Shown here: positions 30,446 through 41,495 of the stretch, in pieces
How the letters are laid out: each line of letters begins with the position of its first letter
Position numbering within the stretch: position 1 is the stretch's first letter
Assembly: GCA_965215565.1 (NCBI GenBank)
Contig: CBDCDZ010000004.1
Span: 512,001 to 576,000 of the forward strand
DNA length: 64,000 nucleotides
Direction of reading: 5' to 3'
DNA from: Trueperaceae bacterium
Lineage (GTDB): Bacteria; Deinococcota; Deinococci; Deinococcales; Trueperaceae
Made by a program: the position numbers and the translations under genes
Notes under the pieces: generated by a model
Database searches by the model: none
Told to the model about the DNA's origin: nothing
Seen by the model: the letters and a program-made list of their open reading frames with translations, nothing else

Positions 30446-31600
30446 TTATTCCCGCGCCATCGCTACCGCCACCGGAATCCGCGCCGCCCGCGCCGCAGGT
30501 AAGAGCCCTGAGCCCAGCCCCATCACGAGCGCAATCGCCACCGCGAAGAGCACCAAGCGCAGCGTCAACGCTGCCACCTCCAAGCCGATGAGGTCATCCG
30601 TGATGCGGTTGATCGCGAGGATGCCGAGCCGTCCGAGCAGCACGCCGAACGCCGCCCCGACAAAACTCAGCAGTGTGGACTCGGCGAGCACCAGCCCGAA
30701 CAAAAAGCGCGGCTTCGCGCCCAAAGCCCGCACCACGCCGAACTCCCGCGTGCGCTCGAACACGCTCATCAAGACGGTATTCGCCACCGCAATCGCCCCG
30801 ACGATGAGCGCAATCGCGCTGATGCCGAGCCGCACCACGTCGCTGATCTGGATGCCTTTTTCGATGACGCCCAAGACCTCACCTCTCGTTTGGAAGCCCA
30901 GCTCCGGGTAGGCTGCGGAGAGCGCTTGCGCGGTCTCTTCCGCCCTGGCGGGCTCCGCTAAGTCGAGCGCGAAGAAGGTCACGCGGTCCGGGATGCCGAT
31001 GGCGTTTTGCAAGAGCGTAAGCGGAACCAGAATCGCATTGTCGATGAGCCCACCCCCCGAGCGAGCGATGCCGACGATCTGAAAGGTGTTTTCGGGGTTG
31101 AGGCGCAAGGTGTCGCCGATGCTCAGCTCGTTGCGCTCCGCCGTCTGCACGCCGACGACGGCTACCTTGGCGTCTCTATCGTCCGCCGTCAGCCCGCGCC
31201 CCTCTATCACCTCGAAGTCGTAGTAGATTGCGCCTACGTCCGTCTCCGGCGGCAAACCCTGAAAGAGAAAGGAGCTGCTGAGGCTGAAGCCGCCCCGCGC
31301 GTAGAGAAGAAGCGGCGTCACGTCGGTGATGCCATACGTTTGGGCGTCGGCGCGGAGTTCGTCGGCGTAGCGAAGCGGCAGCTCGGGCACGGCGGTCAGC
31401 GAGGTCGCGTCGAAGGGACCGAAGCTCACCTGCAAATCGGGTCCGATGTTGCCGATTTCGGTAGCGAAGACCTGCCGCAACCCCTCCCCGAGCGAGAGGA
31501 AGATAACCGTTGAGCCCACCGCGACGGCGATGCCCAAAGCAGTTAAAAAGGTGCGCAGCGGGCGCAGGCGGAGCGAGTTGAGGGCGAGAGGCCAGATCAT
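30446..31600 (-). CDS. MacB/FtsX-family ABC transporter permease
   Basis: [38 protein letters not shown] and PAARAARI motifs. Confidence 0.9.
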   Translation of the reverse strand: MIWPLALNSLRLRPLRTFLTALGIAVAVGSTVIFLSLGEGLRQVFATEIGNIGPDLQVSFGPFDATSLTAVPELPLRYADELRADAQTYGITDVTPLLLYARGGFSLSSSFLFQGLPPETDVGAIYYDFEVIEGRGLTADDRDAKVAVVGVQTAERNELSIGDTLRLNPENTFQIVGIARSGGGLIDNAILVPLTLLQNAIGIPDRVTFFALDLAEPARAEETAQALSAAYPELGFQTRGEVLGVIEKGIQISDVVRLGISAIALIVGAIAVANTVLMSVFERTREFGVVRALGAKPRFLFGLVLAESTLLSFVGAAFGVLLGRLGILAINRITDDLIGLEVAALTLRLVLFAVAIALVMGLGSGLLPAARAARIPVAVAMARE

Positions 31601-31912
31601 GAAAGGATCACACGTCAGTCTATGACCTCACCTCTTTACCTGTGAGATTCGGCGTTACGGTTGTCAGAGGCGTCTCAGCGGATCAGCATGTTATACGAGG
31701 TTGCATGGCTTAGTTTGCAAAATTAAGTCATGTCCTTCACGGATGGGACGTAAACTCGGCGCGACCCACTAGCTAAAGCTGAGTCGCTGAAAAGCTCTAT
31801 GCACAAAGTATTGCGAAGCAACGCCCTCAGTAAGGGTAAGTAAACCATGCAATTCCGTATTAGCTGGTCAGGAAAACTCAAAAACCTGAAGTGCTGACCT
31901 GCTGAAATGCTC

Positions 31913-33088
31913 CTAAGGCAGGGCGCGTCCTGTCACCTGCCCGTCCGCGCCCAGTGTCCCTCTGTCCTCGCCGTCAACAGCGAGGCTCACGCCGCCGCCG
32001 TTGCCCGTATGGACGTACACGGGTAGGTCAAAGATGAGCGTTTCACCCGCTTCAGCGGTGCCGTAGTAGAGCCTTTCGCCCTCACCTCTGGCGGGACCCG
32101 CGTAGACCTCGAGCCAAGCCGGAGCGCCCACTACGAAGACCGCCGTTCCCCGCGCCGAGGTAGCTGCCGTCTCGCCCGGCGTAGACGCTGTATTTGCCGC
32201 GTCCGGCGCGATCAGTCCTCCCGCAACGCCCGCCGTTTCTTCAGCAGGATTGACAGCGCCAACAGCAGGGCTCAGCGAGATATTCAGGTTGCGGCTCCGC
32301 GTGAGATCAATAGTTTGCTCCACGCTCCCGTAGCCCGCCAGGCTCACCCGCACGGTGCGGCGCGCGCCTGCGCGCACGGGCGCATCTGTGACAGGGCTCA
32401 CCGCGTTGAAGGGCAGGCCGTCCACGCTCACGTTCGCCCCCGGCGGCGTGGTGTTGACCGACAAGAGGATGAGACCGGCGGGGGCGCTCGCTGACGCCGC
32501 GTTCGGTCTGACGGGGTCCGTGCTGGCTCCAGCGGGCGTAGTAGCCACCAACGCCTCGGACTCCGGCGCAGCCTGGGTGGAGGGCGTCGGTCCGAAGAGC
32601 AGCGCGTTAAAGCCCCATAGCGCCAGCACGACGACGCCGACGACGAGCATGAGCGTCGTCGCGAAGCGCCCGAACGCGCTTATCACCGGCCCGGTGGCGC
32701 GGTGGGGGGAGGAGGTGCGCTCACCCTCGTAGAACCCTTCGTCCTCAGACCCATCCTCCTCCATCTCGAACGCTGAATAAGCGGTGGACGCCGCTTTGGG
32801 CGCGTCCACCTCGGTTTGCGCGGCGCGGCGCTGTTCCTGGCGGAAGATGTGGAGCATCCGCGTCACGTCTAAGCCGACGGCTTGTGCGTAGAGACGCAGG
32901 GCTTTCTTGGCGTAGCTCGCCTCGGATAGTTCGGCGTGATGCCCCGACTCCAATGCGATCAGATACGAGCGCCTCACGTCGGTCAGCTCGACTAAGTCGT
33001 CTAAACTCAGCCCCTTCGCCTCTCTCGCTTCGAATAAAATATCGCCGAGTTCGTTTCCTCTTCGCTTCATGCTCATACCGTCCATCAC
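31913..33088 (-). CDS. RodZ-like protein (XRE HTH, TM, PEGA-like, DUF4115-like)
   Basis: LGDILFEAREAKGLSL...YLIALESG...YAQAVGLD, a single TM, SVNTTPPGANVSVDG and HTGNGGGV. Start is uncertain. Confidence 0.75.
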   Translation of the reverse strand: MMDGMSMKRRGNELGDILFEAREAKGLSLDDLVELTDVRRSYLIALESGHHAELSEASYAKKALRLYAQAVGLDVTRMLHIFRQEQRRAAQTEVDAPKAASTAYSAFEMEEDGSEDEGFYEGERTSSPHRATGPVISAFGRFATTLMLVVGVVVLALWGFNALLFGPTPSTQAAPESEALVATTPAGASTDPVRPNAASASAPAGLILLSVNTTPPGANVSVDGLPFNAVSPVTDAPVRAGARRTVRVSLAGYGSVEQTIDLTRSRNLNISLSPAVGAVNPAEETAGVAGGLIAPDAANTASTPGETAATSARGTAVFVVGAPAWLEVYAGPARGEGERLYYGTAEAGETLIFDLPVYVHTGNGGGVSLAVDGEDRGTLGADGQVTGRALP

Positions 33089-33214
33089 CTTCTATGCTGT
33101 CTGGCTATATCGTCTAGTTATACTTTCTGGCTATATTGCCCGGCCATCTCTAAAAGCGGTGAATCCAAGTTTATCACCTCTTCGGCTTCTCGGTGAGGCT
33201 CGAGTCGAAACTCT

Positions 33215-34135
33215 CTAAGCGAGGCGAACCTCGAGCGGTTGCGCCGCGAGCGCTAACGCCACCTCCGCCGCGAGCTGCGCGTTCTCCGCTAAAAGCCGCG
33301 TGTTGACCTCCGTCGTGCGCCCGCCGGAAAGCTCGCCGAGCCTAGCGAGGAGATAAGGTGTCACGTCCTTGCCGCTCAGCCCGCGCGCGTCCGCTTCGCG
33401 CTGCGCCTGCTCCAACCAAGCGTCGACCTCTTGGGAACTCAGCCCCACAGAAACAGGTTTCGCCACGAGCAGCGAGGTGCGCAAGCCGAGGTCTCGAGCC
33501 TGCCTAAAAAGCGCAGCCACCTCTTCTGGGCTGTCGCAGCGCACCGGAACTTCAAAAGAGGTCTCAGACACGTGAAAGCCTGCTAGCTTGTTCGTTTTGT
33601 AGCCTACCAGCGGCACGCCCAAGCTCTCCAAACGCTCCTTCGTCGCTGCGATGTCGAGGATAGACTTTGCGCCTGCACACACGACGATAATGGGGTAACG
33701 CGCTAACGCTGTGAGGTCGGCGGATGCGTCGAGAGGTGCGCTATTAACCTTTCTGTGAACGCCGCCGACGCCACCCGTCGCGAAGACATGGACGCCAGCT
33801 AAAGAGGCTGCGTGCAGCGTGGTCGCGACAGTTGTACCGGCATCCTTTTTCTGCGCCGAAAGTGCGGTCAGATTCCACAAGGACGCCTTGTGCGCCTGTG
33901 TGGTGGCGAGGTGCTCGAGTTCACTTTCAGCCAACCCGACGACGAGTTCGCCCGAGAGCATCCCAACCGTTGCTGGAACTGCGCCCGCCTCGCCGACAAC
34001 TTGTTCTAAGCGCCGAGCCAAGGTTAAATTATTGGGTTTTGGTAAGCCGTGGGTGATGACGGTGGACTCTAAGGCGACGACGGCCCGCCCCTCTGCTAGC
34101 GCCTTTTTGACCTCTTGACGAATGCGTAGTGACAT
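33215..34135 (-). CDS. psuG: Pseudouridine-5'-phosphate glycosidase
   Basis: VALESTVITHGLP, FATGGVGGVHR, CAGAKSILD and GKDVTPYLL motifs. Confidence 0.93.
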   Translation of the reverse strand: MSLRIRQEVKKALAEGRAVVALESTVITHGLPKPNNLTLARRLEQVVGEAGAVPATVGMLSGELVVGLAESELEHLATTQAHKASLWNLTALSAQKKDAGTTVATTLHAASLAGVHVFATGGVGGVHRKVNSAPLDASADLTALARYPIIVVCAGAKSILDIAATKERLESLGVPLVGYKTNKLAGFHVSETSFEVPVRCDSPEEVAALFRQARDLGLRTSLLVAKPVSVGLSSQEVDAWLEQAQREADARGLSGKDVTPYLLARLGELSGGRTTEVNTRLLAENAQLAAEVALALAAQPLEVRLA

Positions 34136-34323
34136 TTAGGTATCCTAGCCCATAGCGAGTGTTGGGGAGGCGGCTCGAGCGAGTCAGCAGTTCAGTGAGT
34201 CAGAAAAAGCTGAGACGCCGATGTGCTGACCCACTGCTTTTTTACCCCTGCTCTTTTACACGGTGACAAAAGCCTGCGTTCCTTGACTTACAGCCCTCAA
34301 ATTATCGCGTGATACACTCCCTC

Positions 34324-34671
34324 GTGGCTTCGTCATCATCCATTTCTATTCCCGGCATCGAGACCATCGCGCCCTACGCCAGCCAACTCACCTTCGGCGG
34401 CGTGGCGGGGTTCGCGTCCGGTTACGCGCTTAAAAAGATCGGTAAGCTCGCCGCCATCGTGCTCGGCTTACTCTTCATCGGCGTTCAGATACTCGTGTAT
34501 ATCGGCGTGGCTGAGGTGGACTGGCTGCGCATTCAAGAGAGCGTCAACCCGCTACTAAGCCCCGAAGCGCTCAACAAAGCGTGGCGCAACCTCATCAAAC
34601 TTCTGACGGGCAACGTGCCCTTTGCGGCGGCGTTCGTACCGGGCTTTTTGCTTGGCTTTCAGCGCGGCTAA
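34324..34671 (+). CDS. FUN14 family membrane protein
   Basis: QLTFGGVAGFASGYALKKIGKLAA...VDW...FVPGFLLG. GTG 34324 follows a TACACT -10 box. Confidence 0.8.
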   Translation: MASSSSISIPGIETIAPYASQLTFGGVAGFASGYALKKIGKLAAIVLGLLFIGVQILVYIGVAEVDWLRIQESVNPLLSPEALNKAWRNLIKLLTGNVPFAAAFVPGFLLGFQRG

Positions 34672-34709
34672 GATAGCAAGTAGCATCTGGGATAGCAGGT
34701 AGCATCTGG
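34672..34709 (+). repeat. Tandem 19-mer, duplicated end of the GCAGGTATCA repeat family
   Basis: GATAGCAAGTAGCATCTGG followed by GATAGCAGGTAGCATCTGG. Confidence 0.65.
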
Positions 34710-34816
34710 TTACGAACACCTCGGTAACCTTAGCGTTATCTCAGCTCAAACGCTTGTAGAGTCTACCTACATGGTTTAGCTGTCTTCGCGACTCAACCGC
34801 CTTCTAGCTCACGCAT

Positions 34817-34837
34817 CTTGAGCGAGTGTGACTCAAG
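34817..34837. promoter_or_regulatory. HAIR element (HspR operator)
   Basis: CTTGAGC-N7-ACTCAAG versus consensus CTTGAGT-N7-ACTCAAG. Confidence 0.8.
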
Positions 34838-34841
34838 GTAC

Positions 34842-34870
34842 TTGACAAACCGCCAGATTTTTCATACTAT
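34842..34870 (+). promoter_or_regulatory. groESL promoter
   Basis: TTGACA-N17-TACTAT. Confidence 0.8.
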
Positions 34871-34879
34871 GTGAAGCAG

Positions 34880-34906
34880 TTGGCACTCGGTAAGTGCGAG
34901 TGCTAA
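34880..34906. promoter_or_regulatory. CIRCE element (HrcA operator)
   Basis: TTGGCACTC-N9-GAGTGCTAA versus consensus TTAGCACTC-N9-GAGTGCTAA. Confidence 0.9.
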
Positions 34907-34949
34907 AAAAATGCCAAATTACGTAAGAAGAATCAAGAGGAGGACGTGA

Positions 34950-35237
34950 ATGACACTCAAACCCTTAGGCGACAAAGTAGTAGTAGAAGTCATCGACGAG
35001 CCACAGACCACCGCGAGCGGCATCGTTTTACCCGATACGGCGAAGGAGAAAAGCCAGCGCGGTAAAGTCGTCGCAGTCGGTAGCGGCAAGCTTTTAGACA
35101 GCGGCGAGCGCATCAACTTAGAGGTCAGCGAAGGTGACACGGTTGTGTTTGCCAAGTATGGCGGCACCGAGATCAGCTTAGATGGTAAAGACCTCATGAT
35201 CTTGAGCGAGCGTGACATCCACGCAGTTGTTGCGTAA
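34950..35237 (+). CDS. groES: Co-chaperonin GroES
   Basis: [24 protein letters not shown] and FAKYGGTE motifs. Confidence 0.98.
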   Translation: MTLKPLGDKVVVEVIDEPQTTASGIVLPDTAKEKSQRGKVVAVGSGKLLDSGERINLEVSEGDTVVFAKYGGTEISLDGKDLMILSERDIHAVVA

Positions 35238-35260
35238 AGCAGGTCTCAGCCGACAGGCTA

Positions 35261-35338
35261 GCGGGACCTCATCTGGTCAGCTACGCTCTCATTTTAGACG
35301 AAATTTGACCAGTGCGCATGTCAAGTGATGATACTTGC
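35261..35338 (+). repeat. Degenerate member of the GCAGGTATCA repeat family between groES and groEL
   Basis: taGCGGGACCTCATCTGGT...ACGCTC...GCGCA...GATGATACTTGC, 78 bp, collinear with 3538-3613. Confidence 0.65.
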
Positions 35339-35395
35339 GGAACACAAGATCACGCCGAATTTTCACTCAACCCCTTAAATTCAATCTTCCACTAA

Positions 35396-37075
<1,680 letters not shown>

Positions 37076-37114
37076 AGGAAGTTACGCTCAGACTAGCTAT
37101 ACAGCTAAACAGAG

Positions 37115-37143
37115 GAGAGGCGGCTTTCGGGCCGCTTCTTTTT
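37115..37143 (+). terminator. groEL intrinsic terminator
   Basis: AGAGGCGGC/GCCGCTTCT stem followed by a T-run. Confidence 0.75.
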
Positions 37144-37240
37144 CATGCCTACCCTGGATGAAGACTCTCGATATTTACGCTGCGCGTGAAAAGCAGTAGG
37201 ATTTAGAGAGGTCAATTTTGTAGATGTGGTAGACAGATAC

Positions 37241-37495
37241 ATGGCGAGGCATGAAAAGCTAGTTCAGCGTCTACTCAGCAAACCAAAAGACTTCACATGG
37301 CGAGAGGTGCAAAGACTTATGAACGGTTTTGGCTATACTGAATCTTCTAAAGGAAAGACAAGTGGGTCGCGCATCCAGTTCTATAAAGAAGGTCGAAAGC
37401 CTATTGACCTCCACAAACCACATCCCTCACCCTATTTGAAAACTTATGCACTCAAAGATTTGATTAACCAGCTAAGACAAGAAGGCTTGGCATGA
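37241..37495 (+). CDS. hicA: HicA-family toxin
   Basis: PKDFTWREV...GKTSGSR...LHKPHP. Overlaps hicB (ATGA). Confidence 0.88.
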   Translation: MARHEKLVQRLLSKPKDFTWREVQRLMNGFGYTESSKGKTSGSRIQFYKEGRKPIDLHKPHPSPYLKTYALKDLINQLRQEGLA

Positions 37496-37833
37496 GCGAC
37501 TTACTTCATTATAAGGGATGCTTAGGCTCGGTAGAGTACAGCCAAGAGGACGACGTTCTACACGGCAAGTTGCAGGGTATCGGCGCTTTAGTCAACTACG
37601 AAGGCGAGGACCTGAAAACGCTAAAAGCGGCGTTTGAGGAGGCTGTAGACAGCTACTTGGAATTTTGTAAAGAGGTCGGCGAAACACCTGAGAAGCCATT
37701 TGAACAAGCTATCCAGTACCAGCCGGACCCCATCCACTATCAACGGGCCATCAACTACGCGAAAGAGCACGACCTCTCTGTTAAAGCAGTGCTTGATAGG
37801 GCGCTTGAGGAGTTTCTAAAGAAAGCCGCATAA
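37492..37833 (+). CDS. hicB: HicB-family antitoxin
   Basis: YKGCLGSVEYS...HGK...AFEEAVDSYLEFC...PEKPF plus an RHH-like tail. Confidence 0.88.
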   Translation: MSDLLHYKGCLGSVEYSQEDDVLHGKLQGIGALVNYEGEDLKTLKAAFEEAVDSYLEFCKEVGETPEKPFEQAIQYQPDPIHYQRAINYAKEHDLSVKAVLDRALEEFLKKAA

Positions 37834-37959
37834 ACCACGAGTAGCACGTTCAGAATTGGCGGTTCTTTTGAAGACAGATGGAGCGTGTAGCAGTTAGTAA
37901 CAAAGTGATTGTGCTGACCGCTAGAATTATGTACGCCTATGTACAGAACGAGGAGAATT

Positions 37960-38244
37960 ATGTCCTCCGAAAAAATCAAAGCGGTTGGCGTCAAAGAGTT
38001 CAGGGACAACCTCACGGTGCATCTCTTAGCAGACGCGCCCGTCGCGGTCACTAAACATGGGCTCACGGTGGGCTATTACATTCTGACGCATCATCCCGTA
38101 ACCTCAGACGACAAGCGCGGTTTGAGAGAGGCGGCGGAGTGGCTTAACCAACTCTTAGAGGCGCAGGGGCTCGCGCCCGAAACGCTCATCCGAGCGGCGC
38201 AAGAGCTTAGGAAGAAGGACAAGCAGGCGTTGAGCTTTTTTTGA
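37960..38244 (+). CDS. Phd/YefM-like antitoxin, orphan
   Basis: AVGVKEFRDNL...PVAVTKHGLTVGY and an AGGAG RBS. No cognate toxin follows. Confidence 0.7.
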   Translation: MSSEKIKAVGVKEFRDNLTVHLLADAPVAVTKHGLTVGYYILTHHPVTSDDKRGLREAAEWLNQLLEAQGLAPETLIRAAQELRKKDKQALSFF

Positions 38245-38318
38245 AACGCTCGAGGCGTTTCTAAAGCAAGTCGCCTAACTGTAAAAGAGGTCAAGAAAAG
38301 GTTCTCTCCCCATTCAGG

Positions 38319-38792
38319 CTAATTGGATTGCTGCTCGCCAAGCTCGAGCAACACACTTACGGCTTTATCGTAGATTGCAATGTGGTCTGCTCGAGTTGGT
38401 CTGGGGTAATAACTGATATCAATATCGTTGAGACTCACTTCATAGCCTTGCAAATCTTCTACTTCAGAAGATATGTAGATGGAAAATGTGTAAGTGGGGA
38501 ACGAACCTTGCAGTTTTTCAACGAGAGGATACGCGAGCGGAAGAGGTGCAGAACCGAGAATTCCAGCACTTCGTTTTCGCGGACCGTACAAAACACTTGT
38601 TCTCGAGTTTTCCTTCAAGTGATCTTCTAAAAAGAACCAGCGAATGATTTGCTTACCCCGGTACCTCTTGGCGATAACAGCGCCAGGCGCTGTGATGAGC
38701 GGGTCTTCTTGTTCTTTCAGCTTCGTTTCCAACCACTCGTCCAAAATCTTTTTCATCCATGCGTCATGTTTGCGGCGAGCTTTGTCGTTCAT
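38319..38792 (-). CDS. Hypothetical protein (AT-richer)
   Basis: 157-aa ORF downstream of mrp with no recognised motif. Confidence 0.5.
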   Translation of the reverse strand: MNDKARRKHDAWMKKILDEWLETKLKEQEDPLITAPGAVIAKRYRGKQIIRWFFLEDHLKENSRTSVLYGPRKRSAGILGSAPLPLAYPLVEKLQGSFPTYTFSIYISSEVEDLQGYEVSLNDIDISYYPRPTRADHIAIYDKAVSVLLELGEQQSN

Positions 38793-38848
38793 TGCCGCAA
38801 ACCACCTTGCTCGAGAATCTCAAACCTCAACTTTTAGACCATCAGCCC

Positions 38849-39907
38849 CTACACAACAGGAAACGTCATCATCGCCTGAATACTCACCTGCCCCGCTAAG
38901 GTCCGCGCCGCACTCCGCAACGCTTTCGCGTCTGGGCTCTCCGGCTCAGCAATGACTAGCGGTTGCCCCTGGTCACCACTCTCGCGCATCCGCCGGGTGA
39001 CGGGAATCTCACCAAGAAGCGCCAGCTTCTCCTCCGCTGCAAATGCAGCCGCGCCCCCTTCACCGAAGATGTAGTCGCGTGTACCGTCAGGTAGCGCGTA
39101 GTACGACATGTTCTCTACGACGCCCAAAATCGGCGTGTGCAGCTTGCGAAGCATCGTGTAGGCGCGGCGCACATCTATCAAAGCGACGTCTTGGGGTGTC
39201 GTCACGAGCACTGCGCCCGTTAAGGGTACGAGTTGCGACAGTGAAAGCTGCACGTCCCCCGTGCCGGGCGGTAAGTCTACGATGAGATAGTCGAGTTCGC
39301 CCCATACAGTCTGTTTGAGAAGCTGTGTGAGCGTGCCGTGCAGGATGGGACCGCGCCAGGTGAGCGCTTGGCCGTCCTGGACCAAATTCGCAATCGAGAT
39401 AACTTTGACGCCGTAGTTGCGGAGGGGAATGATGTTCTTTTCGTCGTCCGCCATGAGGCGTTTGCCCTCGACGGCGAACATCTTGGCCTGGCTGGGACCG
39501 TAGATGTCAGCGTCTAAAAGACCGACTTTGGCACCTTCTAACGCCAAGCTCGCCGCTAAATTCGCGGCTACCGTAGACTTACCCACACCACCCTTGCCCG
39601 AGCCCACCGCGATCACGTTTTTCACGCCGGGCAGATCGTTATTCTGCGCGCTCTTGACCTGCGAGCCGAAGGTGATGTCCACACGTTCGACGCCCAGATA
39701 TTTCAGCAGCGCCGCTTTGATGTCGGCTTCGATCTTTCCTTTGAGGGGGCACGCCGGAGTGGTGAGGTCGATCTTGAGGGCAACAGCCTCCCCCTGAATG
39801 TCGACCTCTTTGACCATGCCCAGTGAGACGAGGTCTTTATGAAGTTCGGGGTCGTCCACCGTGCGCAGGGCTCGGATAACTGCGGCTTCGTCGATTCCGT
39901 TTGTCAT
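38849..39907 (-). CDS. apbC: Mrp/NBP35 (ApbC) Fe-S cluster carrier ATPase
   Basis: DPELHKDLV, LTTPACP, GKGGVGKST, DADIYGPS, DLPPGTGD and ENMS motifs. Confidence 0.93.
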   Translation of the reverse strand: MTNGIDEAAVIRALRTVDDPELHKDLVSLGMVKEVDIQGEAVALKIDLTTPACPLKGKIEADIKAALLKYLGVERVDITFGSQVKSAQNNDLPGVKNVIAVGSGKGGVGKSTVAANLAASLALEGAKVGLLDADIYGPSQAKMFAVEGKRLMADDEKNIIPLRNYGVKVISIANLVQDGQALTWRGPILHGTLTQLLKQTVWGELDYLIVDLPPGTGDVQLSLSQLVPLTGAVLVTTPQDVALIDVRRAYTMLRKLHTPILGVVENMSYYALPDGTRDYIFGEGGAAAFAAEEKLALLGEIPVTRRMRESGDQGQPLVIAEPESPDAKALRSAARTLAGQVSIQAMMTFPVV

Positions 39908-40075
39908 AGGTCAAGCGTAGCAACTTGAGAAGGGGTTCACAAGGGGTGAGGTGACACCTCTTCCAGCCGCCCGGCGCGTTTGCACCATATTAGAACAGGC
40001 GCGTCCATTAAAACCTTCACCTTTTTCCAGGTATACTCTAAGCGTGCGTAAACTTTACACTTTAGGGACGCGCCT

Positions 40076-41431
40076 ATGACTCAGGTCGCACGCTATCAAC
40101 CGCAGCGGCTCTTCGCCGAGCACGAGGCGGTGAAGACCTTTCACGGTTTGGACCCGCTGACGGGGCTGCCTGTGCTGATTTATAGGTTTGCAGGCAGACC
40201 TACGGCGAAAGTCGGCGAACTCAAGTCCGAGGCGATTCCGACAATTTTAACGTCGAAGGTGGAGGGCGGGCGTGGTCAGCTCGTCGTCGCGTACGCGAAA
40301 GGGTACGAGCCGCTCCGCGAGCGCGTCGAGCCGCAAGAGGTTAGTGGGCTGCTGCGCGACAGCGCGACGGCGCTTTACGACGCGGCTAGGACGAGCGTCG
40401 TCCACGGCGACTTACGCCCTGAGCGCCTTTTGAAGGCGAACGATCACGTGATGGTGGAGGGCTACGGCGTGCCTTGGACCACCTGGGACGCCGCCTCGGA
40501 ATTCAGCGCGCCCGAGCGTATCGGCGGCGCGTCCGCCCCGGCCGACGTCTTTTCGTGGGCGCGCACCGTGCAGTTTCTGGCGGGGCAGCACCTCCCTCGT
40601 GAACTGAGCGAGATGATCGCCGCATGTCTAAACGCTGACCCTAAATACAGACCGAACGCCGAGACGATCTACAAGCAGATTGTGCAACCTGAGCGCGTAG
40701 GGGCGGCGGCGAAGGCGTCTCCTTTCGACAACCTCAACTTCGCCGAGCCTGGCGAGGAGACGTTCGCCCACAATCCTTTCGTCACTTCTATTTCCGACGA
40801 TAAGCCCGCCCAAAGCGAGACGGAACGCCCACGCGCCGCACGAGCGTTCCCTGTACGCGAAACGTCTGAACCTCTTACCGGCGACGATGACCCCTTCGGA
40901 TTCGGCGGCGAGATCGACGAACGCCCGCTGCGCAAAGGTGCCAGAGGACGCCGCACGGTTCTACTTATCGCCCTGCTCATCGCCCTTTTGGTCCTCGGCG
41001 CGCTCGCGCTCTTCAACCGGGATACGCTCAGCGCGTCTATAAGCGAAGCGGTGAGCGGCGTCGCGGGCGCAGGGCTAAGCGAGCGCTTGACAGCGGGCGT
41101 GGGCGCGGGGCTGTCTACGTTTGCGGGCATCATTACCGGCACGGGCGCAGCCTCTCAGAGCGGCTCCTACCTCGTCCGCGTGGAGGTCATCCCGGCGAAC
41201 GTGCAAGCTGAACTGTTCGTCGTCGAGGGTCCGGCGGGGTCTTCCCTGCCCTCGGCGCGCCCCATAAGCGTCGTGCCGGGCTCCGCTGTACTAGATAGGA
41301 CAGGGCTGTGGCGGCTCCAAGCGCAGGTTGACGGGCGGCTTTCCGAGGTTCAAGAGGTGCGCGTGCCCGAAGAGCGCACCGTGACCTTTAACGTTCCCTG
41401 GCGGAGCGCGCCCGCCGCGGAGGGTGAGTGA
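40076..41431 (+). CDS. Membrane-anchored Ser/Thr kinase-like protein (probable pseudokinase)
   Basis: HGDLRPE, SAPE, DVFSW and CLNADPKYRP present, with EGYG at the DFG position. One TM followed by a beta-rich C-terminal domain. Confidence 0.7.
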   Translation: MTQVARYQPQRLFAEHEAVKTFHGLDPLTGLPVLIYRFAGRPTAKVGELKSEAIPTILTSKVEGGRGQLVVAYAKGYEPLRERVEPQEVSGLLRDSATALYDAARTSVVHGDLRPERLLKANDHVMVEGYGVPWTTWDAASEFSAPERIGGASAPADVFSWARTVQFLAGQHLPRELSEMIAACLNADPKYRPNAETIYKQIVQPERVGAAAKASPFDNLNFAEPGEETFAHNPFVTSISDDKPAQSETERPRAARAFPVRETSEPLTGDDDPFGFGGEIDERPLRKGARGRRTVLLIALLIALLVLGALALFNRDTLSASISEAVSGVAGAGLSERLTAGVGAGLSTFAGIITGTGAASQSGSYLVRVEVIPANVQAELFVVEGPAGSSLPSARPISVVPGSAVLDRTGLWRLQAQVDGRLSEVQEVRVPEERTVTFNVPWRSAPAAEGE

Positions 41432-41495
41432 CCTCACCCTCCCTCTAACGACGTCCTGACCGGCGGAGCATCGGCGAGACGTTATAGTGAGACGC

